Assembly: GCF_000002075.1 (NCBI RefSeq)
Contig: NW_004798066.1
Coordinates: 120,089 to 184,088 of the forward strand
DNA length: 64,000 nt
Direction: 5' to 3'
Origin: Aplysia californica
Lineage: Eukaryota
The translations under genes and the position numbers were made by a program. Below the pieces are notes generated by a model. It searched no databases. It had not been told where the DNA came from and saw only the letters and a list, made by a program, of their open reading frames with translations. Positions 54,112 through 64,000 of the stretch are shown one piece after another (the stretch's first letter is position 1; every line of letters begins with the position of its first letter).

Positions 54112-54412
54112 CCCTTTGAGCCCTTGCCGCTGGTAGACTGGTGGCACGTGAGACTGCCTGTATGCCTAGCCACCGGTACACCCTATCCCCAACCCGGCCA
54201 GCCGGGGACAAAACGCACACCGAAAACTGTGTTTACCGCGCAGGATGTTATGAATTATTTTTAAGGTCGTTCTGAATTAGATGCTGGTAATGACGAGACC
54301 TTCCTTGAGATGGATATATTTCATTTTGATGATCTTATGGATATTAGTAATATATCGCTGAGGAGCTCAGGCAGGGGGTCACAGTAGCCTCAGGAGGTCA
54401 TGGCTCAAAGGG
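54112..54412. mobile_element. piggyBac-like MITE, 301 bp
   Basis: TIR CCCTTTGAGCC, TTAA on both sides; adjoins or interrupts a decayed LINE. Confidence 0.82.
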
Positions 54413-56261
54413 TTAAAATCAAATAACTTATTTGTAGAGACAGAGGAAATAGTAGCATCAACTTATTCTGGGGAATCGTCCACTTAAAATTACCAACCAG
54501 AATTCTACAAAATAAAAATTTAAATGTCTCAAAGTGATGGAACCAGGTGCTCGTAATTTTTTGGGCATGTGGAGTTCTTGGCATCACATTAACAATTCTT
54601 CATTTGTCTTGCTTTCAATTTTAAAAATACCGATCTATCTTGAATAGAAGTTAAGATGTTTGCGATTGGGGGAGGTAGGGGTTGCCTAGTTTCAGAGGTA
54701 AAATTAGCGAGAAAATGTCTGCCTAAGTTTGATGACTTTTCCTTGGAAACTGAAAATTTACGATTTTTGTGCCTTTACGTTTTTCAGTAAAATACACACA
54801 GAAATTTATTTTTTTTTTCTTTTAATGGACATGAAAGGTGTTGAGCCAAAAAACAAAAATTCAATTTAAAAAAGTGCCAAAGCAGCAGGAAAATGCCAGT
54901 TTCTTTAAATGTATTCTTTCCTTACAAGTGTCTAAAAAGACAACAGTTGATTTTTCTTCTTCAAATGAAGAGGCCTATAATTGCAGATTTTCCCTCGTAG
55001 AACTAAAAACAAGCATTTCAGCTTCAGGCCCCAATGCATGGTGTTCAGCCAAATCAGAGTGTGGGGAAAAAAGTCGGATTTGTGGGGATTGGTCGGAAAA
55101 GTTGGATTTTGGTTGGAAGAGAGTACGCAATGTCGGAAAAAGCTGGGTACACTGCCCCTCGAGTAGTACCGTGCCGTTGGTGCTAGAGCGAGGGTGGTTT
55201 TCCAATGACGTCTCTGTCTCCTTCCGATGAAAGAAACACTTTCAGGGCGGTATTGCTGTTTTAAAAGAAAATTCCCCCTCCCTCCGTACCTCTCATCCTC
55301 TCTTGTCACTTTGATGTTGCATCAGCGTGCCGTGTGTTTGCTGCAGCACAGTAAGGGGCTGTTCAAATATAATCTTACACCTTTTTGGGGACTTTTTGCC
55401 CCCCCCCCCCCCCCTTTCTTACACTTTTCTTACATTTGCCCTTAAAAACCCCCCCCCCCCCCCCCCCCGCTTAAATTCCATTCTTACACATTTCTTACAT
55501 TTGCCCTAAACACCCCTCCTCCCCCTCCGTAATATTACACTGTTCGCTTATAATGATAAAAATGATATGACATTTGTATCGCGCAAATCCGTAAAACATG
55601 AATTTCTCTATGCGCATTGCATAATATTCATGAAAAACATGCATACACAATACATGCACATAATAATAATATAGTGCACTAAAAAATAATAGGTGTCAGG
55701 ACGTGGTGGGATCAAGCACTCGTCAGTTTTGATTTTGAGGCGTACAGTTTATTGATATCATCTGAAAGCCTGTCCATTTGCCTTCCTTTTGATGGAAACA
55801 ATATTCATCTATGCTGAATAGAAGTAGAAGTCAAAATATTTGTGATTGAAAATTGAAGGAGGTGGGGTCACCTGATTTCAGAGCTAAATTTAGTGAGAAA
55901 ACGGCCGCCAAAGTTTGATCACTTCTATAGCTTGAGAGCCTTTAAAACTGAAAAATCGCAAATTTTGTTAAAACTGAAAAATCAAAAAATTTTGTGCATG
56001 TAATGAGCGTTTTTCTGTATGGACGTAAAAGGTGTTTAGCGCGGAAAAAAAAATTCAATATAAGTTCCCAAAACTGCGGGAAAATGACAGTTTTTTCACC
56101 TTCTTTATTTTGACGAGCGCCTGATTTCACCACGCTGCCTCACAATTAAGAGTAAATCATTCAAGGAAAATATACACACTCTTTCTTACTAATGAAAAGA
56201 AAAAAATTGAGACTCATGTCTATGACAAAAGCGCTTTAATTAAAAAAACAAAAACAAGTTA

Positions 56262-56731
56262 CAGTGGAATTCTGATAAAGTCAACACCCCGGACAGAAAA
56301 AAAGTGTTGACTTTGAGCAAGGTTGACTTTATCCTTTGTACTAGATCTACATGTACTGGCCATTGAAAATTGAAGACGACAGCTACAAAATTACAAAGTA
56401 CCTGGTAATAAACAAGATGTAATCTTAATTTCAGGGAGTTTAATTCTGAAGTTGTCACCAAAACAAGAGATAATGAAAGAACAAAGTAGCCTACATATGT
56501 AATTGGAGGTGTGTACACCACTTGCTCAGGCGAAATATCTCTTCTTGAATGAATTCATCTTGGATTTAGCCCCAAATTGTTGACTTTACACAAGGTAAAC
56601 ACTCAAACGGTTGACTGTATCAGAAACACAATTACTTAAACAAAGAAGGTAAGAAACGGGACTACAGTGAGGTGTTGACTGTAAGCAAGAGTTGACTTTA
56701 AAAGCAAGTTGACTTTATCAGGATTCCACTG
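56262..56731. mobile_element. pogo/Tigger-like MITE
   Basis: 24-bp TIR CAGTGGAAT(T/C)CTGATAAAGTCAAC, TA flanks, repeated gttgact motifs. Confidence 0.88.
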
Positions 56732-57210
56732 TATCTCTGTTATTACTGATCATTTATGCTGGGGAAAAAAGTGAAATTAGTTATCATCAATAAAGGCAGT
56801 GTTCATCATTACATGTATATCAAAAATATTTTTTCACCTCACCGAAGTGTAATATTACATTAGTTCAAGACCCTCCCCCCCAGGCGTAAGATTATATTTG
56901 AACGGTCCCTAAGAAGGTTGGGGGGAGGACGGTGGGGAAAGTTGCTTGGGTTTTTATTTCATTAGATAGAAGCCATTGATATCAAGGCTTGGGTTAGTCA
57001 GTTAATTAGTCAGCAGTGATGATGATGAGTGAATGAGTGACCTGGAACTCGATCGTTGAAATGACCTACATCGTCTCTAGCTGGACATGATGCTTCATCA
57101 ACATCACTTACTGAAATACTGTTATTATTGCCATTACTCGTTGTGGTTAAATAACTATATTTGCCTTCTCTCTCTGAAAGCCTTGCTTTTGTTTGCGTGT
57201 GTTTGTGCAG

Positions 57211-57327
57211 ATGAAGTTCCAGCCCAATGACCAGCAGTGGCTCAAGGAAACCTGTGATGAGATCAAAAACTTTGAGGGCATCAACCACAAGAACTTGGTC
57301 AAGTACTATGGTGTGGAGGTGCACAAG
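57211..57327 (+). CDS. MAP3K4: MAP3K4 kinase exon (MKFQPND...HKNLVKYYGVEVHK)
   Basis: gtgcag| acceptor, AAG|gtaagt donor, 117 nt. Confidence 0.96.
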
Positions 57328-57583
57328 GTAAGTTGCTCCCCCCCCTCTCCCCCATATATCTGTGTGTGTGTGTGTGTATGAAATAAGCGGTACAGCTGGG
57401 CCACTGACATGAGGAAACTTTTATATGTACAATAGATATTGGATCTGCATGGTTGTTTCAAAATATTGGTGATAGAATATTTTCCTATCCCAAGTCAAGG
57501 AAAGACTGTTAAATATTAGTCTCTCACCATCTCTGCAAGAGGTAGAAGGGTCCTGGCATTACTCTGAACCGTCAGTTTGTCGC

Positions 57584-58130
57584 AAAAAAATAATCGGTTA
57601 GGTACTGTCGACAACATTTCTTACCACTAGTGTAATGCAAAGTAGGCTACTTTGAGAATGAATTCCATGTTTTGTTCAGATGCTCACAATACAATGACAT
57701 GCGAGAACAACTCTTACCAGAGAGCGTTAGACTTCAAACACCTGAGGGAGCCTATGTCTAAGCTCAATGGTATATTAGTCTGTTCTGACGAAGTCCACTT
57801 TAAAAACATAATCGCATTCCTAAATTAGGCTATGTTGTACGAACACGTCTTTGGGAAAAAAAATAATAATCGGTTAGGTACTGTCGACATTTGTTACCAC
57901 CAGTGTAATGCAAAGTACTTTGAGAATGAATTCCATGTTTTGTTCAGATGCTCACAATACAATGACATGCGAGAACAACTCTTACCAGAGAGCGTTAGAC
58001 TTCAAACACCCGAGGGAGCCTATGTCTAAGCTCAATGGTATATTAGTCTGTTCTGACGAAGTCCACTTTAAAAACATAATCGCATTCCTAAATTAGGCTA
58101 TGTTGTACGAACACGTCTTGGGAAAAAAAA
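57584..58130 (+). repeat. Tandem duplication (2 x ~275 bp) of a LINE 3' end encoding a Cys/His finger
   Basis: Two near-identical units; CYHQC...ENEFHVLFRCSQYNDMR. Confidence 0.85.
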
Positions 58131-58358
58131 GGTATTCATTTTGTATTTACTACAACATATAGGCCTACTTTGTTATATGGTATGAAAATGACAATGTTAT
58201 AATCTTTATTCAAATCTCGGGGTGAAATTTGTCTTTGTCTCTCTCACTGCTTCATTTGTTACATTGTGTGCTTTGTTGGTATGAACGCATTTCTATTTCT
58301 GTCCGTTTTTCATCATCATTGCCTTTCTCACTCACAAACTCACACATACACCCCCCAG

Positions 58359-58518
58359 GATGAGATGCTGATGTTTATGGAGTACTGCGACTCTGGCTCT
58401 ATCGAGGAGGTGGCACGCATCGGTCTGCCTGAGTACATGATCCGTCGCTACACTAAGGAGATAGTACTGGCTGTGGCTCACCTCCATGAGAATAATATAG
58501 TCCACAGGGACATAAAAG
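58359..58518 (+). CDS. MAP3K4: MAP3K4 kinase exon (DEMLMFMEYC...IVHRDIK)
   Basis: cccccag| acceptor, G|gtactg donor; HRDIKG catalytic loop. Confidence 0.96.
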
Positions 58519-59540
58519 GTACTGCTGTGTGTTAGAAATCCGTGTGTAGTTTGTTAATGCGTGTTATTGAGTGCTGGATATTTTTTCACTCGAGAATTGA
58601 ACTCACATCTTCTGCATTTAACTCTGAAATGCCTACCACGGTTTCTCTTTTCACCCGATTCTGTGACTTTTAGGCCCTTACGATTTTCCCATTGTTGCTT
58701 GGGAAGCTCACATTTTTGTGAACGTTTGAAACGATCTAACTTCTTCCCCATCCGACACAGTAAACCCATACACTGATGAACTAAAAGCTCGATGTCTTGA
58801 GATTTTTTCTGCGTTAAAATGGTTAATTTCTGTGCCTTATATATTGCTCTAGACAAGTGTTTGTAGAATACCCAATTTGTCCTATTTTTAGTGACATACT
58901 TATGAATAAATGATTGTTTATTTAAAAACAGCTCGATAGATCTCTCCAAAATCACTGTTAAACTGATTACAAATATCATGTCTTTTCCCATGAGAAATTT
59001 TTAATCTTCGCTGGTAGTAATAGTCAAGTTATAAGAGAAGAAAGATGCACATCTGCATATTTCGACAAAACACACACAGCGTTACATTGTCCATTCTTAA
59101 ATGAGTCTCAAGAGCAGAAATGCGTGCTTTGAGTGCATTACATGATAATTACCATTAATTCATAAATACACCAAAAGCTTTAAGCTGAAAAACACCAAAA
59201 ATTGATTCAGCCCAGACAGAGCAGCGACTGTGATCCTTCCCCAGTGATCCCGACATAAGGCGCTGAGTGGGGAACCCCTCTCTGCAACGAAAATTCTGCT
59301 GATAGTGCGGCGTGCTAACAATGTGCATTAGAGTGTTTTTGGTTGCTTTGATGTGGTTTGAAGCTACTACTTCTCAGAGTTGTTAGTATTTTGCTCTGTT
59401 AATACTAAAATAAGGTTACCACACAAGTTTGCTTTAAGTTGCAATTAATTATATTGACACCAGTGAAGTGAGGAAAAGTTGTGCAGTGTCTTTCCCCAAA
59501 CAACATGTTGTTAATCATGATAATATTTTTTCTTTTCCAG

Positions 59541-59660
59541 GTGCCAACATCTTTCTGACATCTCAGGGTCATGTCAAATTAGGCGACTTTGGCTGCTCTG
59601 TTAAATTGAAGAACCAGCAAACAATGCCTGGAGAGAACGTGAATTTAGTTGGAACAACAG
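59541..59660 (+). CDS. MAP3K4: MAP3K4 kinase exon (GANIFL...KLGDFG...LVGTT)
   Basis: ttttccag| acceptor, G|gtatct donor; DFG motif. Confidence 0.96.
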
Positions 59661-59719
59661 GTATCTTGTCCAACTTTTTTATATCACTGTTTTTGCGCAT
59701 TTTCTTACTATTACCTTAA

Positions 59720-60431
59720 CACATTACACCCTGGGGGTCTGGACGGGAAGTCCATTGATAGATCCTAAGCAAGGGGAAGGAACCCACCTCCCTTGAATAC
59801 AAGCCTTTAAAAAACACATTTTAAAAATACTAAACAAATTCCAAAAATCCTGAAAAAATAAAAGTTAAAAAGAAAACTGAATGTAGTTTCAGAAAAATAT
59901 AACTTTATGTATGCGCAAACTGTTGGAAATGTTCTAACTTTATTTCAATCGGGGTGTCCGACCAGTCACTCTCACTCTCAGCCTCGCGGTCGGGCCCTAG
60001 ATTCTAGATCTAAATTCTAGATTTTCTCCGTCTGATCAATCGGAATCGCCCCAAACTCTTCCTACAACGTTTTCATCCAAATCTGAGTCATCTGATTTGT
60101 CACATGCTCGTTTTTGCTCAAATCCATCGTTATTTCCGTTTTCGAACTCAATCGTGTCGCTTTTCAACAAGTCGAGACACTTTCGAAGTGTCGGTAACGC
60201 GATCACACTTCGATCAGCTCTAATACTAAAATTACTGGCCCGAAAAATTTCGTTTCGGTATCAAACGAAAGAAGAAACTTTTTGCTATACTATGCAAATC
60301 AAAATCCCGGCCCCAGAGTCTCGTCAAGGCGAGACTTTCGTTTCTAAAGACGCTGGGTCGGCGCGGGCGGTTCCGGGCGAGTCAGGGTGGAGCGCGTAAG
60401 GGAATTCCCGGGCGAGTTAGGGTGTAATGTG
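59720..60431. mobile_element. piggyBac-like MITE, 712 bp
   Basis: 13-bp TIR CACATTACACCCT, TTAA on both sides, subterminal direct repeat ccgggcgagt(c/t)agggtg. Confidence 0.88.
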
Positions 60432-61955
60432 TTAACTGTGACAGAGAGCTGCACAATGAAATTTTCCACCCACTGAAGCTGCAAGGGTCAGCTGCCTTGG
60501 CTTACTGTAGGTAAAGAACTTGATCTCCCATGAGGAAGTTCGAGGTTGAGAGTTTGGAAAATGGTCTGAGTCATGCTTCCAAGAATGTATCCTCTAGCCC
60601 TAGTGGCTCCTCTTTGAAGTCATAGTTTGTAGTAAGGTATTAAACTTAAATTTCTAGAGCTGTGGAAAGCATTCAGGCATTACTGTTTAAGTACAATATG
60701 TAACTGTAAAGGATTGTTAAAGCTATGAACCTGTATCAAGTATTTTGAACATGTCCACTTCTTTCACTTCATGACTGCACTCACATGGGAGAAAAGAGGT
60801 AGATTTTAGATGCAAAAAATTGCAAGATGTTTTCCGTCGTTAATCCCAACAGAATCTTTGATTTTATCAAGGGCATCGGCTTTTATGGAAAATTGTAAAT
60901 TGCATGGTTTAGATTTTTAAATATTATTTAAAAAGTTATTCAAATTAAGAATTTATTGACACCAAATTTTTAGCATTTTAGTAGAGGTGTTGACCAGAAT
61001 CAGGCTGTGCAGTGGACTGTTGCGAATAGAACCAACTTGCTTTTCACGCACTCATATGACCTTATGCAGTTGCGAGCGCCGTAAAACTCTTAATAAAACA
61101 AAAAGAGTGAGTTTCAGGAAAGCAAGGGGCTATAACGAGAATCTGGGCAGGCTTGGTCAGGGAAATCAGCTTCTACTTTTGCTTTCTTTACCACCCAGAA
61201 ATCTCTGATGACAGCCTGATAGATGTAACAGTTTTGACATGCAGATTATCAATATTTATTCTCTCACTATGCCTGGAAGGGTTGCTAGGGGATTTATCAG
61301 AGGAAATTTCACATTATGTGTGCCAGAGTGTATTTTCAAGACTGCTAGAGTTTCAGCATCACAACATCTCGCTTTCTCCCTCCCTCAGTCCTTCTGGTTA
61401 TCTCATGTCTTGTTTCTGTACCTATAAAATATTCATTCTATGTTTGGAATATCATTATATATGACTACTCTGACAATGGGGGGGGAGGGGTCTTTCTTGC
61501 CAAAGGCTAACTTCTCTTTCAAAAGTGAAATTTCAAGTCCTTTCTAGTGTGATGGCTGCCCAAGTCCTGTGACTACATTGACACTAATATTACGTAAAAG
61601 TATTGTCTGTACACTTCTGAACATTATCTGAAAATTTGATTGCACTTTTGTTCTTTCCAAGTTATGTTGAGATTTTTGTGACTACCTGTTTTACCTTTGG
61701 GGGGGGGGGGGGGGGGGGTGTAAGTTGGGGGGTTTTTTTTGACTATATGAACTGTGTGGATGGAAAATGCTAAGGCCTAGATATAATATGTTCAAGATCT
61801 GTGAACATGATTTGATAGATGAAATGTATATATTTGATTTGGAAGGGGTTGAACTGAAATATAGAAAACATGATTTGTTTTATTTCTCAAGAGGCAATAC
61901 CCTCGTGCAACAGAATATCCTTATCCATAGAAATTCCTTTTTTTTTTACTTTCAG

Positions 61956-62062
61956 CGTACATGGCCCCTGAAGTGATCACACAGAGTGTACCAGAGGGCT
62001 ATGGCCGGGCAGCTGACATCTGGTCTCTTGGTTGTGTTGTTATAGAGATGGCCACAGGAAAG
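61956..62062 (+). CDS. MAP3K4: MAP3K4 kinase exon (AYMAPEVIT...[16 protein letters not shown])
   Basis: tttcag| acceptor, AAG|gtaatg donor; APE and DIWSLG motifs. Confidence 0.96.
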
Positions 62063-62303
62063 GTAATGGACCTGTGTGGGGAAACTTGGGTTGAGAGGGA
62101 TACAGTATCCCTGCAGCCAGAGATTTAAAATATAATGATGTCCAGGACAACAACTTTTCTCCTCAACAATGAGTGGCCATCTTGGACAGTTTTTAGTGTG
62201 CATTTTATTATCTAAATTGTGTCAAAGAGGCCATAAAATGATTCTGTCTGTCGCACTTCTCTTGCGTTGCTAATTCCTCTCTGTCTCCATCATGGTTCCA
62301 CAG

Positions 62304-62483
62304 CGGCCATGGCATGAGCTGGAGCATAACCTGCAGGTGATGTTCAAGGTGGGCACCGGCCACAGCCCGCCCATCCCAGAGTGCCTCAGCCGGGAAGGCA
62401 AGAATTTCCTGTCCTGCTGCCTGGTGCATGACCCTGCTGGTCGCTTAACGGCTGCCCAGCTGTTGGACCACATGTTTGTTAAG
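62304..62483 (+). CDS. MAP3K4: MAP3K4 kinase exon (RPWHELEH...LLDHMFVK)
   Basis: ccacag| acceptor. Ends at candidate donor AAG|gtttgt, or reads through to TAG at 62495. Confidence 0.93.
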
Positions 62484-64000
62484 GTTTGTTGTTAGGCTTA
62501 TGTTTAGGAAGAGTATGCTGTAATCTCTCCAATACGTTGTGAGCATCCCGTGACATAGCTCCTACCGTCCCATTTTCTCAGTGAATGTCCCGGTATGACA
62601 TGCGTTGTCCCGATGTCCCGACTGCGTCAGAAAAAAATCCAGGCAGCGAACAAAATTGACCGCACGCCAGGTTTGAAAATGTCACTGTGAACGTGTAACA
62701 TGAATATTGCCATTTTGGATTGTCTTGAATGAAAACACGTGACTAGGCCCCCCAGCCGAGCCGACAACAAGGCGTCTTTCTGCCGTTCGGAGTTAGATCT
62801 AAGTCTAAATTTTGTACTTGGAAGTGAAAATAAAGGGATCATGTGATAGTCCTAACGAGGATGAGGAGAAAAATGAGAAGAGGTTGTGGAAATTTCGAGC
62901 GTAGTTTACTCAGATGTGGCCGTGTATAAAAACTGGTGCTTTTTCGGTAGTTCCCACCCCCTCAGTTATTATTCGCCTATTTTCCTGTTTCGGGAATATA
63001 ATCGAGTTAAAGCTTTATTGATGTTGGCCTAGATCGAATATTTGAAGAGATTTTGCGCGCTCATGTGACCTTATGCAGTTGCGAGTGCTGTAAAACTCTG
63101 ACTAAAAAACTCTTACTAAAACTAAAAACAGCTAAGATTCTTTGATTTCTGACAATTTTGTGAAGCCTGATTTTTTAAGGTCAGTTTTGAGTGACCATAT
63201 CTCGGGCGTCTCTTAACATAGATGAAATATTAATGTGTCAGATAATGTAGAATTTATTCAGCTCTAAATTTGTATGCTGCATGAGTGGGTAGTACAAGGC
63301 TTTAACTCACTTCAGACGGCTCACACAACAGTTGCGTGACCCCTGCCGCGATGCTCGCGACGGGTCTCACAAGCCCTGGGTGACCAACTTTGGAATTTTT
63401 TTTCCGCTCAATAAATCACGCATGGATCGCGAGACCCGCCTCGTACCCTTGTTTGGCCAAGCCTGAGCTACTTAGACTTTGTTTCGTATCTCTGGGGCCG
63501 GTAGTTTTTAAGTTATTGAAGGTGAAGGACAGTGACCCCAACTGGGGTTGAACAGACCGGAACTCGCGCTTTGTTTTTTTTCTGTACAGCTGATAGTAAT
63601 CCGACAGTCGCGTCATAGTAACGGTCGAAGAAGTCGCATGAACAAGAATCACATAATTTCGCCGTTTTCTATACTTCTGTACGTTTTACTAGTTCTAGTG
63701 TCTCAGAATATGATGTGTCTAATAGTTAGGATCCTGGATATGGACCCGAACACGGCCCGAGTCGTAATTCTAGGGCTAGATCTAGCACTTGTACCGGTGT
63801 TGTTTTTCGCGCAACGAAATCACAACGTCGTGCCGTACATCTGTCTCATGTAATTCAGTGTATGGGTCTGAATCAATGCACAGACCAGCTTTTATATTTT
63901 CACCAAACACTCGCACATGTATACAAATCAAACCAGAACACTTTGAACTTTTATTTTTGTTGTTGCAGTGAATTTCATTCTACTTGTCACGTCTCTGGAA

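Larger units (their letters stand above)
6462..62483 (+). other. MAP3K4: MAP3K4/MEKK4-like gene span (21 coding exons plus a probable cassette exon; first and last exons uncertain)
   Basis: Spliced exons give one continuous frame of ~1,609 codons from ATG 6487. It contains MEKK4-type motifs (PSFLSIRQL.RECKEVLKG, EARERASKALGFAK.LRKDLEIAA.F, KCE.GRGTRPRWA, WQRGFKIG) and a complete C-terminal Ser/Thr kinase domain. Confidence 0.95.

Noticed and set aside
14632-63100. Dispersed ~40-nt repeat as a CRISPR-like repeat or ribozyme
   Set aside because: Copies are kilobases apart with TSDs and simple tails, and have no hammerhead core. This fits retroelement 3' ends.

Overview
Eukaryotic, intron-rich, TE-dense animal DNA. 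The (TAGATC)n and TAGGCCTA content suggests a marine invertebrate, possibly a mollusc (inference). One plus-strand gene spans almost the whole window: a MAP3K4/MEKK4 orthologue. I traced 21 coding exons with GT-AG boundaries and consistent phases (6462-62483, about 1,610 aa from ATG 6487), plus one probable frame-preserving cassette exon (45412-45516/45531). The introns hold an apparently intact antisense piggyBac element (37203-39858, 624-aa DDD transposase, TTAA TSD) and several unrelated TTAA MITEs. They also hold pogo-like MITEs, a decayed Tc1, a CAG-ended MITE with a 5-bp TSD, a Sola1-like MITE, and L2, RTE and RNase H-bearing LINE fragments. The most unusual signals are (i) recurrent GTAC->GTAGGCTAC micro-insertions that look like excision footprints of an unseen TA-targeting transposon, (ii) palindromic (TAGATC)n arrays, one of which encodes an RS tract in the transposase, and (iii) a conserved ~45-nt 3' stem-loop shared by retroelements with different bodies. 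No prokaryote-type system (CRISPR, operon) is present. Family names come from motif recognition only; no searches were run.
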